Part shown: positions 8,737 to 17,248 of the stretch, piece after piece | Numbering within the stretch: the stretch's first letter is position 1 | Layout: the number at the start of each line of letters is the position of its first letter | Source of the DNA: Bacteroidales bacterium | GTDB taxonomy: Bacteria > Bacteroidota > Bacteroidia > Bacteroidales > WCHB1-69 | Reading direction: 5' to 3' | Length of the DNA stretch: 64,000 nt | Assembly (NCBI GenBank): GCA_045132235.1 | Contig: JBGURX010000020.1 | Coordinates: 7,819 to 71,818 of the forward strand | Translations under genes and position numbers: made by a program | Notes under the pieces: model-generated | What the model was told of the DNA's origin: nothing | The model's input: the letters and a program-made list of their open reading frames with translations, nothing else | Database searches by the model: none

Positions 8737-9732
8737 TTACAGTTTCTTGATTCCGATGATTTCGCGCACGTCGCGCACGGTGGGGGCTGCACTGGCATGG
8801 GCTCTTTCCGCACCCCGCTCGATGACCTTGCGCAGGTAGTCGTCGTTGCTGCGCAGTTCAAGGATGCGCTCGTAGATGGGCGCATTGAACGCCGTGATGT
8901 CGGCGGCCAGCTGCTTCTTCATGTCGCCGTAGCGGATGCTGCATTTGTTGTACTCCTCTTCGAAGAACTTTACGGTCTCTTCGCTGGAGACGGCTTTCAT
9001 CAGCATGAAAAGGTTCTCGATGGCCTGCGGTTTCGGCTGTCCGGGTTCGGTCGGACCGCTGTCGGTCACCGCCTTCATCACTTTCTTCTTGATTACTTCA
9101 GGAGCATCGGAGAGATAGATGCAGGAATTCTCGTTGTCGGATTTCGACATCTTGGTGCTGCCGTCCAGTCCGGGAATCTTCACCAATGCCTGTCCGAAGT
9201 TATAGGCCACGGGCAGTTTGAAATACTCCACGCCGTAGAAGTTGTTGAACCGCTGGGCGAAATCGCGCGTCATCTCCAAATGCTGCTCTTGATCCTTGCC
9301 CACCGGCACTTTGTCGGCACGATGCACGAGAATGTCGGCAGCCATCAGGATAGGATATGATAGAAGACCGGCGTTGACATTGTTGGGTTGACGGCGCACC
9401 TTTTCCTTAAAGGAACTAACACGCTGCAATTCACCCACATACACATTCATCGAAAGCAACAGGCTCAGCTCGCAAACTTCCGGCAGGTCGCTCTGGATGT
9501 AGATGGTGGCCTTCTCGGGGTCCAACCCTGCCGCCAGATAGTCGATCAGCACGTTCTTCACATTCGTGCGCAGGTCGGCGGGATGGGGATGTGTGGTGAG
9601 GGAATGATAGTCGGCAATGAAGAAATAGCAGTCGTTTTCTTCCTGCATTTTGATGAAATTCCGCAGGGCGCCGAAGTAATTTCCGAGGTGGAGGAACCCT
9701 GTGGGTCTGATACCGCTTAATACTTTATCCAT
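8737..9732 (-). CDS. trpS: Tryptophan--tRNA ligase
   Basis: Track ORF trimmed to the ATG at 9732 (MDKVLSGIRPTGFLHLGNY). HIGH-like HLGN and KMSKS present. Confidence 0.92.
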   Translation of the reverse strand: MDKVLSGIRPTGFLHLGNYFGALRNFIKMQEENDCYFFIADYHSLTTHPHPADLRTNVKNVLIDYLAAGLDPEKATIYIQSDLPEVCELSLLLSMNVYVGELQRVSSFKEKVRRQPNNVNAGLLSYPILMAADILVHRADKVPVGKDQEQHLEMTRDFAQRFNNFYGVEYFKLPVAYNFGQALVKIPGLDGSTKMSKSDNENSCIYLSDAPEVIKKKVMKAVTDSGPTEPGQPKPQAIENLFMLMKAVSSEETVKFFEEEYNKCSIRYGDMKKQLAADITAFNAPIYERILELRSNDDYLRKVIERGAERAHASAAPTVRDVREIIGIKKL

Positions 9733-9795
9733 AATGAAAATTTGAGGGTGCAAAGATACAAAAATGTTAGCTTATAGGGGCAGATTTTGGTAAAA

Positions 9796-11631
9796 TCATT
9801 CTGCCGATGTGCCATCACTTTGCAGAGCGCAATACCGGGCATACTCGCCGCCCAAAGCTATCAACTCGTCATGCGAGCCCCGCTCCACGATGCGGCCGCC
9901 CCGCACAAACAGAATTTCATCCGCCCGCCGGATGGTGGAGAGCCGGTGCGCCACCACAATGGTGGTACGTCCTTCCATCAGCCGCTGCAGCGACTGCTGC
10001 ACCATGTATTCCGATTCGGTATCCAACGCGGAGGTAGCCTCGTCCAAGATGAGCACTTGCGGGTTCTGCAGTACTGCCCGCGCAATGCTCAGCCGTTGCC
10101 GCTGCCCGCCCGACAGCATCATGCCCCTATCGCCAATCACCGTGTCATACCCATTTTCCATCTCCATGATGAAGTCGTGCGCCAAAGCCGTCTTCGCCGC
10201 CGCCTCCACCATCTCGCGCGTCACGCCCTCCTTGCCGAAGGCAATGTTGTTATATACCGTGTCGTTGAACAGCGTAATGTCTTGGTTGACGATGCCGAAA
10301 ATACCGCGCAAATCGCTGATTTTGATCTCCCTGATGTCGGTTCCGTCAATGCGAATGCAGCCGCTTTTTACATCGTAAAACCTTGGCAATAAATCCACAA
10401 TGGTCGATTTGCCACTCCCCGATGCGCCCACCAAAGCCATGCTCTTCCCCTTCTGCAACGTGAAACAGATGTCGTTCAGCACCTCCGCACCATTTGTTTG
10501 ATATGCAAAATGTACATGGTCGTACTCAATCTGTCCGTCGAAACGCTTCTTTTCAATCGGTTTCGGCGCCTCTTCGATCACCTCCTCCGCATCGATCACT
10601 TGGAAAATACGGTCTGCCGATGCCATTCCTTTCTGAATCGTATAGTACGATGACACAATGGATTGCGCCGGCGGGATGATACGGGCAAAAATCACAATGA
10701 ACATGATGAGTTTCTCGCCCGTCATGGCCGCATCGGACAATACAAAGTTGCCGCCCAACAGCAGCACAATCACCAGCGCGAGGATGCACAGAAATTCCAC
10801 CAGCGGCGCCCCGATTTCAGTTTTGCGGAAAATACGACGGTTCAGTACATAGAAACGGTCGTTCATCTTCCGGAATCTTTTATCTGCATAATCCACCGCC
10901 GTGTGCCCCTTGATGATGCGCAACCCGCTGATGGCCTCGTCAAACGCAGAGGTCATCCGCCCCAGTATCTGCTGCGCCTCCGACGAATTTTTCTTGATGC
11001 TCTTCCCAATTTTCGCAATCAATAGTCCCGCTGGCGGAAGGATAATCAGGGTAAGGAATGTTAATTTATAACTTATTGAAAATAAAGTTATTAAAAAGAC
11101 AATCACCAAAATAGGATCTCTGAAAAACATCTGCAGACTGCAGACCACCGACCACTCCACCTCCTGCACATCCGACCCGATACGGTTCATGATGTCGCCT
11201 TTTTTCTGTTCATGGTAGAAAGATAAAGGCAGAATGAGCAGTCTGTGATACACATCGCGCCGCAACCCTTGGGAGATGCCTGCCCGTATCGACGCATTGG
11301 CATACAGCCCCAAATATCTAAAGAGGTTGGAAAACAAAGTACTGACAATCATTGTGATGGCAATGAATACGAGCGCTTGGAACTGCCCATGGTCGCGGAT
11401 GATGATACCCATGTAGTAGTAGAAAGTGTCCAAGATGGAACTGGCATTCAGCGTCAGATCCGGCCGCTCGGTCACCGCCGTGCCGTTGCCGAAGAGCACC
11501 GACAGGAAGGGCGCCACCATCGAGAGCGAAAACACCGAGAAAACTGCATAGCAGAGGTTGAAGACAAATATCAGTACGATGTTGGCCTTGAAAGGGGTGA
11601 GGTAACGGAGAATGCGCCGGAACTGCTTCAT
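9796..11631 (-). CDS. ABC transporter permease/ATP-binding protein (MsbA-like exporter)
   Basis: 611 aa. Six-TM N-terminal half, Walker A GASGSGKST, signature LSGGQRQR, Walker B ILILDEATSALD. Confidence 0.85.
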   Translation of the reverse strand: MKQFRRILRYLTPFKANIVLIFVFNLCYAVFSVFSLSMVAPFLSVLFGNGTAVTERPDLTLNASSILDTFYYYMGIIIRDHGQFQALVFIAITMIVSTLFSNLFRYLGLYANASIRAGISQGLRRDVYHRLLILPLSFYHEQKKGDIMNRIGSDVQEVEWSVVCSLQMFFRDPILVIVFLITLFSISYKLTFLTLIILPPAGLLIAKIGKSIKKNSSEAQQILGRMTSAFDEAISGLRIIKGHTAVDYADKRFRKMNDRFYVLNRRIFRKTEIGAPLVEFLCILALVIVLLLGGNFVLSDAAMTGEKLIMFIVIFARIIPPAQSIVSSYYTIQKGMASADRIFQVIDAEEVIEEAPKPIEKKRFDGQIEYDHVHFAYQTNGAEVLNDICFTLQKGKSMALVGASGSGKSTIVDLLPRFYDVKSGCIRIDGTDIREIKISDLRGIFGIVNQDITLFNDTVYNNIAFGKEGVTREMVEAAAKTALAHDFIMEMENGYDTVIGDRGMMLSGGQRQRLSIARAVLQNPQVLILDEATSALDTESEYMVQQSLQRLMEGRTTIVVAHRLSTIRRADEILFVRGGRIVERGSHDELIALGGEYARYCALQSDGTSAE

Positions 11632-12584
11632 AATGGCAGATTTAGAATTTTCTGTAGAGCAATGTCCGCGTGCCGTTGCTCGGCCTCAAAGGTCTGTCCC
11701 GCAAGGTGGGGTGTCAGCACCACATTACGGAAATGCGTCAGTTCTTCAAGTGCTGCCGCCCACTCTTCTTTCGGCGGAATTTGCAACCGCACCGACTCGT
11801 ATTCCAGCACATCCAGACAGGCGTAGCCCACCTTCCCGCTTCGAAGGGCACGAACCAGCGCAGCCGTATCCACCACATTGCCGCGACAGGTGTTGAGGAG
11901 GATCGCGCCATCCTGTACTTTTTTCAGAAAATCATCATTTACCAAATGATGATTTTCTGAAAAATAATTGATATGCAAAGAAATGACATTACATTCCCGC
12001 TGAATCTCTTCCAAAGTGGCCACATGTACAAAATCATCAGGAATTTCACTTCTGAATTTGTCATAAACATAAATCTCGCAGCCAAAATGGCGGAGTATTT
12101 TGGCAAACGCCGGACCGGTATGTCCGTACCCGATAATGCCGATTTTCTGCGCACCGATTTCATGTCCCTTGTTGGCTTCCCGCTGCCACTCCCCTTGCCG
12201 CACCTCGCGGTCAGCTTTCGAGAGGTTCTTCAACGCACACAGCAGCAGTCCGAGCGCATGCTCCGCCACCGACTGCGCGTTGCCTTCCGGCGTGCTCAGA
12301 CAGGTGATGCCGCATTTTTCCGCGTAGGCCGTGTCGATGTTCTCCACCCCGGAGCCCAAGCGCACGATGAAACGCAGCTGCCGCTTGGTGTCGAGCAGGT
12401 GCGCATCCACCGGGAAACGGCTGCGGATAATGAGCCCGCAATAATCATCCTCCAGCTGGCAGAACTCATCGTAGGTAAGGCCCATACGGGTCTCGCAGTC
12501 GTAGCCGTGCGCAAGCAGCCCCGCCTGCAGCGAGGGTGCGGCACGGTCCACAATGATAACTTTCGGTTTTGCAGTACCAGCCAT
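11628..12584 (-). CDS. D-isomer-specific 2-hydroxyacid dehydrogenase (PGDH-like)
   Basis: The track start at 12587 is GTG; the ATG is at 12584. NAD-binding GIIGYGHTGPAFA. The C-terminal NVVLTPHLAG motif is typical of this family. Its stop overlaps the ABC gene start (ATGA). Confidence 0.8.
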   Translation of the reverse strand: MAGTAKPKVIIVDRAAPSLQAGLLAHGYDCETRMGLTYDEFCQLEDDYCGLIIRSRFPVDAHLLDTKRQLRFIVRLGSGVENIDTAYAEKCGITCLSTPEGNAQSVAEHALGLLLCALKNLSKADREVRQGEWQREANKGHEIGAQKIGIIGYGHTGPAFAKILRHFGCEIYVYDKFRSEIPDDFVHVATLEEIQRECNVISLHINYFSENHHLVNDDFLKKVQDGAILLNTCRGNVVDTAALVRALRSGKVGYACLDVLEYESVRLQIPPKEEWAAALEELTHFRNVVLTPHLAGQTFEAEQRHADIALQKILNLPL

Positions 12585-12586
12585 CA

Positions 12587-12880
12587 CTACGACATTTGTT
12601 CAACGGGCATCACAAATGCGCGGATACCTTGCTGCGGCGCGCTGGCATCCAACTTGTGGATTTCATCCATCAACGGCTGTACCTTCTCATCCGGAATGAA
12701 AGTGATAATGGCGGAGTTGAGAGTCGGCCATGCGTGGGTGCCGTAATGCGGCTCGCCAGTCTCATTGCCACGCCCCTGCACCTCTTCCCAGAAGGTGAAT
12801 CCACGGATTTCCAACCGGTCAAGTGCCTCAATCATTTCTCCATAAAATGCTTTGTAAAAAGAGATGAATACTGCTTTCAT
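12587..12880 (-). CDS. Small conserved cytosolic protein (P-II-like size/pattern), function unknown
   Basis: 97 aa, tightly abutting the dehydrogenase gene. No catalytic motif recognised. Confidence 0.5.
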   Translation of the reverse strand: MKAVFISFYKAFYGEMIEALDRLEIRGFTFWEEVQGRGNETGEPHYGTHAWPTLNSAIITFIPDEKVQPLMDEIHKLDASAPQQGIRAFVMPVEQMS

Positions 12881-12898
12881 ATTGTTATACTTGTTTTA

Positions 12899-13318
12899 TT
12901 ATCGTGTTGAATCAAACTCATCATAATCAAAATTATCCTCCCAAATTTCGTAGTCAAAATCATCCTGCGGAATTACCCCATCTCCATTCGATGGCGAGAA
13001 CGATACATCCCAAATGTTGTCAAAATAACGGCAGCCACAATATTTGCGCGCCTTCCGGTTCATTTTCCGCTCTAGAAAATTGGTGGTGCGGTTGTATTCC
13101 TTCCAATCGCTTGCCGTGATATGTCCATCTAAGGCCACAAGTCGTTTGCAATAGGCCATATACACGGAATGTATCTGCTCGCAGTTCTGTGATGCGTCGA
13201 TTGCTTTCTCATAGGGGGACCACGGATTGTCTGTACGCAAATAAGCCTCCTGCGATATTCTGCAGGAGGCTAAGGTAGTGATTGACAATGTGATGATACA
13301 GAAAATCCGTGTATTCAT
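12899..13318 (-). CDS. Hypothetical lipoprotein
   Basis: 139 aa. MNTRIFCIITLSITTLASC lipobox-type signal. No recognisable domain. Confidence 0.5.
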   Translation of the reverse strand: MNTRIFCIITLSITTLASCRISQEAYLRTDNPWSPYEKAIDASQNCEQIHSVYMAYCKRLVALDGHITASDWKEYNRTTNFLERKMNRKARKYCGCRYFDNIWDVSFSPSNGDGVIPQDDFDYEIWEDNFDYDEFDSTR

Positions 13319-13327
13319 TCGGTGGGA

Positions 13328-15592
13328 TTATCTTCTGGAAGAGGATGAGCTGCTGGAGTGAGAACCGCTGGAATGTGAGCTACTTGAGGAGTGTGAACTG
13401 CCGCTGTAGCTGCTTCCCGAACGAGATGAAGAGGAACCCGAGTAGGAAGAACTGCTACGGCTTGAGCTACTGGAAGAGCTGGAGGGTCTGCTATAGCTGG
13501 ATGAGCTGCGTGAAGAAGAACTGCTGCTGTTGGACGGTCTGCTGTAACTCGATGAACTGTTAGAGGAATTTGAAGGTCTGCTGTAGCTTGATGAGCTGCT
13601 GGAGGAAGAACTGCTGTTGGAAGGTCTGCTATAGCTGCTGGAAGAATTAGTCGTTCTGTTACTGTTAGAAGGATTGTAGGGATGGCTCAAGCTCGAGTTG
13701 CTACTGCTGTTAGCCGGTCTATTGTAAGAATTGTTGGAGTTGTTGGAAGGACTGCTGTAGCTGGATGAACTATTGTTATTGGCCGGTCTGTTGTAGGAAT
13801 TGCTGGAGTTATTGGAAGGACTGCTGTAGTTGGATGAACTACTGTTATTGGCCGGTCTGTTGTAAGAATTACTGGAGTTGTTGGAAGGATTGCTGTAGCT
13901 GGATGAACTATTGGTATTGGCCGGTCTGTTGTAAGAATTGTTGGAGTTGTTGTAGGAGTTAGCCGGTCTGGCACTGCTATTGTTGTAGTTAGAGGGCAGC
14001 GGGGTGCGGTTATTGTTGCTGGGAGCCGGAGCCGTTACGCTGCTCGGTCGGTTGGAGTTGTTGTTATAGTTGTTCGTGCTGGGAGAGGTTACACGGTTGT
14101 CATTATTGCTCGGAGCAACCATACTGTTGCTGTTAACCCGGCTGGAGTTATTGTCAAGGTTGGGGTTCGTCACACGACTGGCACCATTATTATAGTTCGG
14201 GGTGACCGTGCTGTTGTTGTTCACATTGGGATTGTTCACACGACTGTCGGCGTTGTTGTTGGTCGTCGGAGTGGACGGTTTGTCAACCTTGTTGGAATTG
14301 TTGTTCACGCTGGGATTGTTCACGCGGTTGTCAGCGTTGTTGTTGGTCGTCGTAGTGGACGGCTTGTCAACCCTATTGGTATTGTTGTTCACGCTGGGAT
14401 TGTCCACGCGGCTGTTAGCATTGTTGTTGGTCGTCGTAGTGGACGGCTTGTCAACCCTGTTGGTATTGTTGTTCACGCTGGGATTGTCCACGCGGCTGTT
14501 GGAGTTGTTGTTCGATGTTCTGGAGTAGGGGTTGACATCCTTATTGGAGGAGTTGCTGGAGGCAGTGGAGGCGATGGCATCGTAGCGTTCGTTGAAGCTG
14601 ACAGGTGTCATCGTGCGGGTGGAGGCGATGCTGTTGTGATCGCGGTTGTTATTGTTCACTCCGCCCGTGTTGCCGTAGCCACTGGGACGTTCACCTCTTC
14701 CATTACTACCCGAGTTGGTGGAGGAAGCCGACTCTCTGTGTCCGATATAGAAGGAACCGTTGTGGTCGTAGTTGTTGTGGTAGTAGTTTGCATGACTGGC
14801 GGCGTAGTATCCATCGTGGAATCCATTAAGGTAGCCGTTGTGATATCCGTGGTGGTAGCCGTGGTAATAGCCATGTCCATAGTGGTAACCGTAGTGATAC
14901 GGATGGTGATACCAACCGTAGTGATACGGATTGTAGGGATGATGGCAGCTCCAGCCCCAACCGTAATTGAAACCGTAGTGATAGTAGCCATAATCGTAGT
15001 AGTACGGACGATAGTAGTAGGTCGGCCACCACCAGCTGTAACCGAGGTAAATGCTCACGCCCCAGCATGCAGGATCGTAGCTGTACCAGTAGTTGTTGGT
15101 GAAGTACGGATCATAGTAGCTCCAGCCGTAGTTGCAGCAGGAGTGGAAGCGGCGGATACGGGATGAGTAGTAGTAGTCGTAGTAGCTGTCGTCATCATAG
15201 TAGTAGTTGTTGGTGATGTACGTGTTGCCGTTACCATCAGAATATGAGCTGGAGTTGGAAGAAGTGCCAGCATAATAATTGCCGGTGTTCGGATCATAAT
15301 ACGTGTTGCTGTTGGCATCGTAATACAACCCTGTTTCTTCATCGTAATAATACGTTACATTATTACTATTGTTGGAAGAATTGTTGTAATTCGCCGCATT
15401 GTTATAGTTGCTGGACGAATTATTGGCCGTAGCATTCGAGTTGGAATAACTGGAAGTTACAGGAGCCGGCCTTGTGTATTGAGCATCATTCGAATTGCTA
15501 TAGATGTCATCATAGTAGGTCAATGACTCTAATTTACAAGAAGTTGCCAGTACGGCCAACATAAGGGCGGAAAAATACACTAACTTTTTCAT
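13328..15592 (-). CDS. Extreme low-complexity Ser/Asn/Tyr/His-rich repeat lipoprotein
   Basis: An uninterrupted 754-codon frame starts with MKKLVYFSALMLAVLATSC (lipobox). It continues with N/S/Y-rich sequence, a Tyr/His/Gly/Trp block, 28-aa and 23-aa tandem repeats, and a near poly-Ser tail. Only this frame carries a signal peptide. Confidence 0.6.
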   Translation of the reverse strand: MKKLVYFSALMLAVLATSCKLESLTYYDDIYSNSNDAQYTRPAPVTSSYSNSNATANNSSSNYNNAANYNNSSNNSNNVTYYYDEETGLYYDANSNTYYDPNTGNYYAGTSSNSSSYSDGNGNTYITNNYYYDDDSYYDYYYSSRIRRFHSCCNYGWSYYDPYFTNNYWYSYDPACWGVSIYLGYSWWWPTYYYRPYYYDYGYYHYGFNYGWGWSCHHPYNPYHYGWYHHPYHYGYHYGHGYYHGYHHGYHNGYLNGFHDGYYAASHANYYHNNYDHNGSFYIGHRESASSTNSGSNGRGERPSGYGNTGGVNNNNRDHNSIASTRTMTPVSFNERYDAIASTASSNSSNKDVNPYSRTSNNNSNSRVDNPSVNNNTNRVDKPSTTTTNNNANSRVDNPSVNNNTNRVDKPSTTTTNNNADNRVNNPSVNNNSNKVDKPSTPTTNNNADSRVNNPNVNNNSTVTPNYNNGASRVTNPNLDNNSSRVNSNSMVAPSNNDNRVTSPSTNNYNNNSNRPSSVTAPAPSNNNRTPLPSNYNNSSARPANSYNNSNNSYNRPANTNSSSSYSNPSNNSSNSYNRPANNSSSSNYSSPSNNSSNSYNRPANNNSSSSYSSPSNNSNNSYNRPANSSSNSSLSHPYNPSNSNRTTNSSSSYSRPSNSSSSSSSSSSYSRPSNSSNSSSSYSRPSNSSSSSSRSSSSYSRPSSSSSSSSRSSSSYSGSSSSRSGSSYSGSSHSSSSSHSSGSHSSSSSSSRR
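13712..13972. repeat. 69-bp in-frame tandem repeat, ~3.7 copies
   Basis: Units start at 13712, 13781, 13850, 13919 and (13961) with (A/G)GCCGGTCT. Each encodes SYNRPANNSSSSNYSSPSNNSSN-type 23-aa repeats. Confidence 0.85.
14168..14503. repeat. 84-bp in-frame tandem repeat, 3 near-identical copies plus 1 degenerate copy
   Basis: Units at 14252-14335, 14336-14419 and 14420-14503 differ at only a few positions. Each encodes NSRVDNPSVNNNTNRVDKPSTTTTNNNA-type 28-aa repeats. Confidence 0.85.
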
Positions 15593-15636
15593 AACTTAAT
15601 CTCCTTTCTGTTTGCGGCTGGGTGATATTATTTTTG

Positions 15637-15644
15637 TATTTTTG
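15637..15644 (+). promoter_or_regulatory. -7 box (TATTTTTG) upstream of proS
   Basis: TAnnTTTG match 58 nt upstream of the ATG at 15702. Confidence 0.4.
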
Positions 15645-15701
15645 CAAACTTGATTTTAAGACCACAAAAATACTAAAAAGTTCAAATAGAAAAGGAAAAA
15701 A

Positions 15702-17177
15702 ATGGCAAAAAATTTCACTACACGGGCAGAGAATTATTCGCAATGGTACAATGACATTGTAAAAAAAGCTGACTTGGCAGAAAATTCCGCCGTCAGAGGA
15801 TGTATGGTCATCAAGCCGTACGGTTATGCAATATGGGAGAAAATGCACGACGCATTGGACAAGATGTTCAAGGAGACGGGGCATGTAAACGCCTACTTCC
15901 CGCTTTTCATCCCCAAGTCGTTCCTCAGCCGTGAGGCCGACCATGTGGAGGGCTTTGCGAAGGAGTGCGCGGTCATCACCCACTACCGTCTGAAAAACTC
16001 TCCTGACGGCTCCGGTGTCGTGGTGGACCCTGAGGCCAAATTGGAGGAGGAGCTGATTGTGCGCCCCACTTCCGAGACCATCATCTGGAGTACCTATAAA
16101 AACTGGATCCAGTCGTACCGCGACCTGCCGCTGCTCTGCAACCAGTGGGCCAACGTGGTGCGCTGGGAGATGCGTACCCGTCTGTTCCTCCGTACGGCCG
16201 AGTTCTTGTGGCAGGAAGGCCATACCGCCCATGCCACCGAACAGGAGGCGCGCGAGGAGACCGCCAAGATGCTGAATGTGTATGCTGATTTCGCCGAGAA
16301 TTACATGGCCATGCCGGTGCTTCGCGGCGTGAAGTCCCCCAACGAACGTTTCGCAGGGGCTATCGACACCTACTGCATCGAGGCCATGATGCAGGACGGC
16401 AAAGCATTGCAGGCAGGCACTTCGCACTTCCTCGGTCAGAATTTCGCCAAGGCCTTCGACGTGCAGTTCCTCAACAAGAACAACAATCTCGAATATGTAT
16501 GGGCCACCTCGTGGGGCGTTTCCACCCGACTGATCGGTGCCCTCATCATGACCCACTCCGACGACAACGGACTGGTGCTTCCTCCGAAGCTGGCTCCGAT
16601 TCAGGTGGTGATTATTCCTATTTATAAAAATGATGAGCAGAAAGCCGCTATCGGTGAGAAAGTTCAGGTGCTGATGAACAAGTTGAAGGCAAAGGGCATT
16701 TCTGTGAAATACGACGATGACGATTCACAGCGTTCGGGCTGGAAGTTCAACGAGTATGAGCTGAAGGGCGTTCCGGTGCGCGTGGCCATCGGTCCCCGTG
16801 ATTTGGAGAACAACCAAGCCGAGGTGGCCCGCCGCGACACCCTCGAAAAGGCCAACTATCCGTTGGATACTTTGGATGCAACCATCGAAGGACTGTTGGA
16901 AGAGATCCAGAAGAACCTGTTCCAGCGTTCGCTGGAGTTCCGCGACAGTAATATCCGCAAGGCCGACACTTGGGAGGAATTTGTGGATATTTTGGACAAC
17001 AAGTCTGGGTTTGTGTATGCCCATTGGGACGGTACCACAGAGACCGAAGAAAAGATCAAAGAGCTGGCGAAGGCCACGATCCGTTGCATCCCGTTCAACA
17101 ACCCGCTGGAGGATGGCAAGTGCATCTTGACGGGCAAGCCCTCCAAACAGCGTGTGGTGTTCGCAAGAGCATACTAA
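15702..17177 (+). CDS. proS: Proline--tRNA ligase (archaeal/eukaryote-like class II form)
   Basis: 491 aa. The N-terminus [22 protein letters not shown], the class II motifs ([15 protein letters not shown]) and the C-terminal ...RVVFARAY are typical of the short ProRS form. Confidence 0.9.
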   Translation: MAKNFTTRAENYSQWYNDIVKKADLAENSAVRGCMVIKPYGYAIWEKMHDALDKMFKETGHVNAYFPLFIPKSFLSREADHVEGFAKECAVITHYRLKNSPDGSGVVVDPEAKLEEELIVRPTSETIIWSTYKNWIQSYRDLPLLCNQWANVVRWEMRTRLFLRTAEFLWQEGHTAHATEQEAREETAKMLNVYADFAENYMAMPVLRGVKSPNERFAGAIDTYCIEAMMQDGKALQAGTSHFLGQNFAKAFDVQFLNKNNNLEYVWATSWGVSTRLIGALIMTHSDDNGLVLPPKLAPIQVVIIPIYKNDEQKAAIGEKVQVLMNKLKAKGISVKYDDDDSQRSGWKFNEYELKGVPVRVAIGPRDLENNQAEVARRDTLEKANYPLDTLDATIEGLLEEIQKNLFQRSLEFRDSNIRKADTWEEFVDILDNKSGFVYAHWDGTTETEEKIKELAKATIRCIPFNNPLEDGKCILTGKPSKQRVVFARAY

Positions 17178-17191
17178 TCAATGTCTTGTTG

Positions 17192-17237
17192 AAAAAAAAG
17201 AGAGGCTGTTTCAATAGAAACAGCCTCTCTTTTTTTA
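17192..17237. terminator. Bidirectional rho-independent terminator between proS and secA
   Basis: Perfect 14-bp stem AGAGAGGCTGTTTC / GAAACAGCCTCTCT with loop AATA, flanked by A8 on one side and T7 on the other. Confidence 0.8.
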
Positions 17238-17248
17238 TGGCAAACGGA

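Noticed and set aside
13328-15592. Possible CRISPR array or non-coding satellite because of regularly spaced repeats
   Set aside because: The repeats are directly abutting (no unique spacers), their lengths are multiples of 3, and they stay in one 754-codon frame that begins with a lipoprotein signal. No cas genes are nearby. The many short ORFs on both strands here (for example 14636..15166, 14202..14528) are by-products of the repeats.
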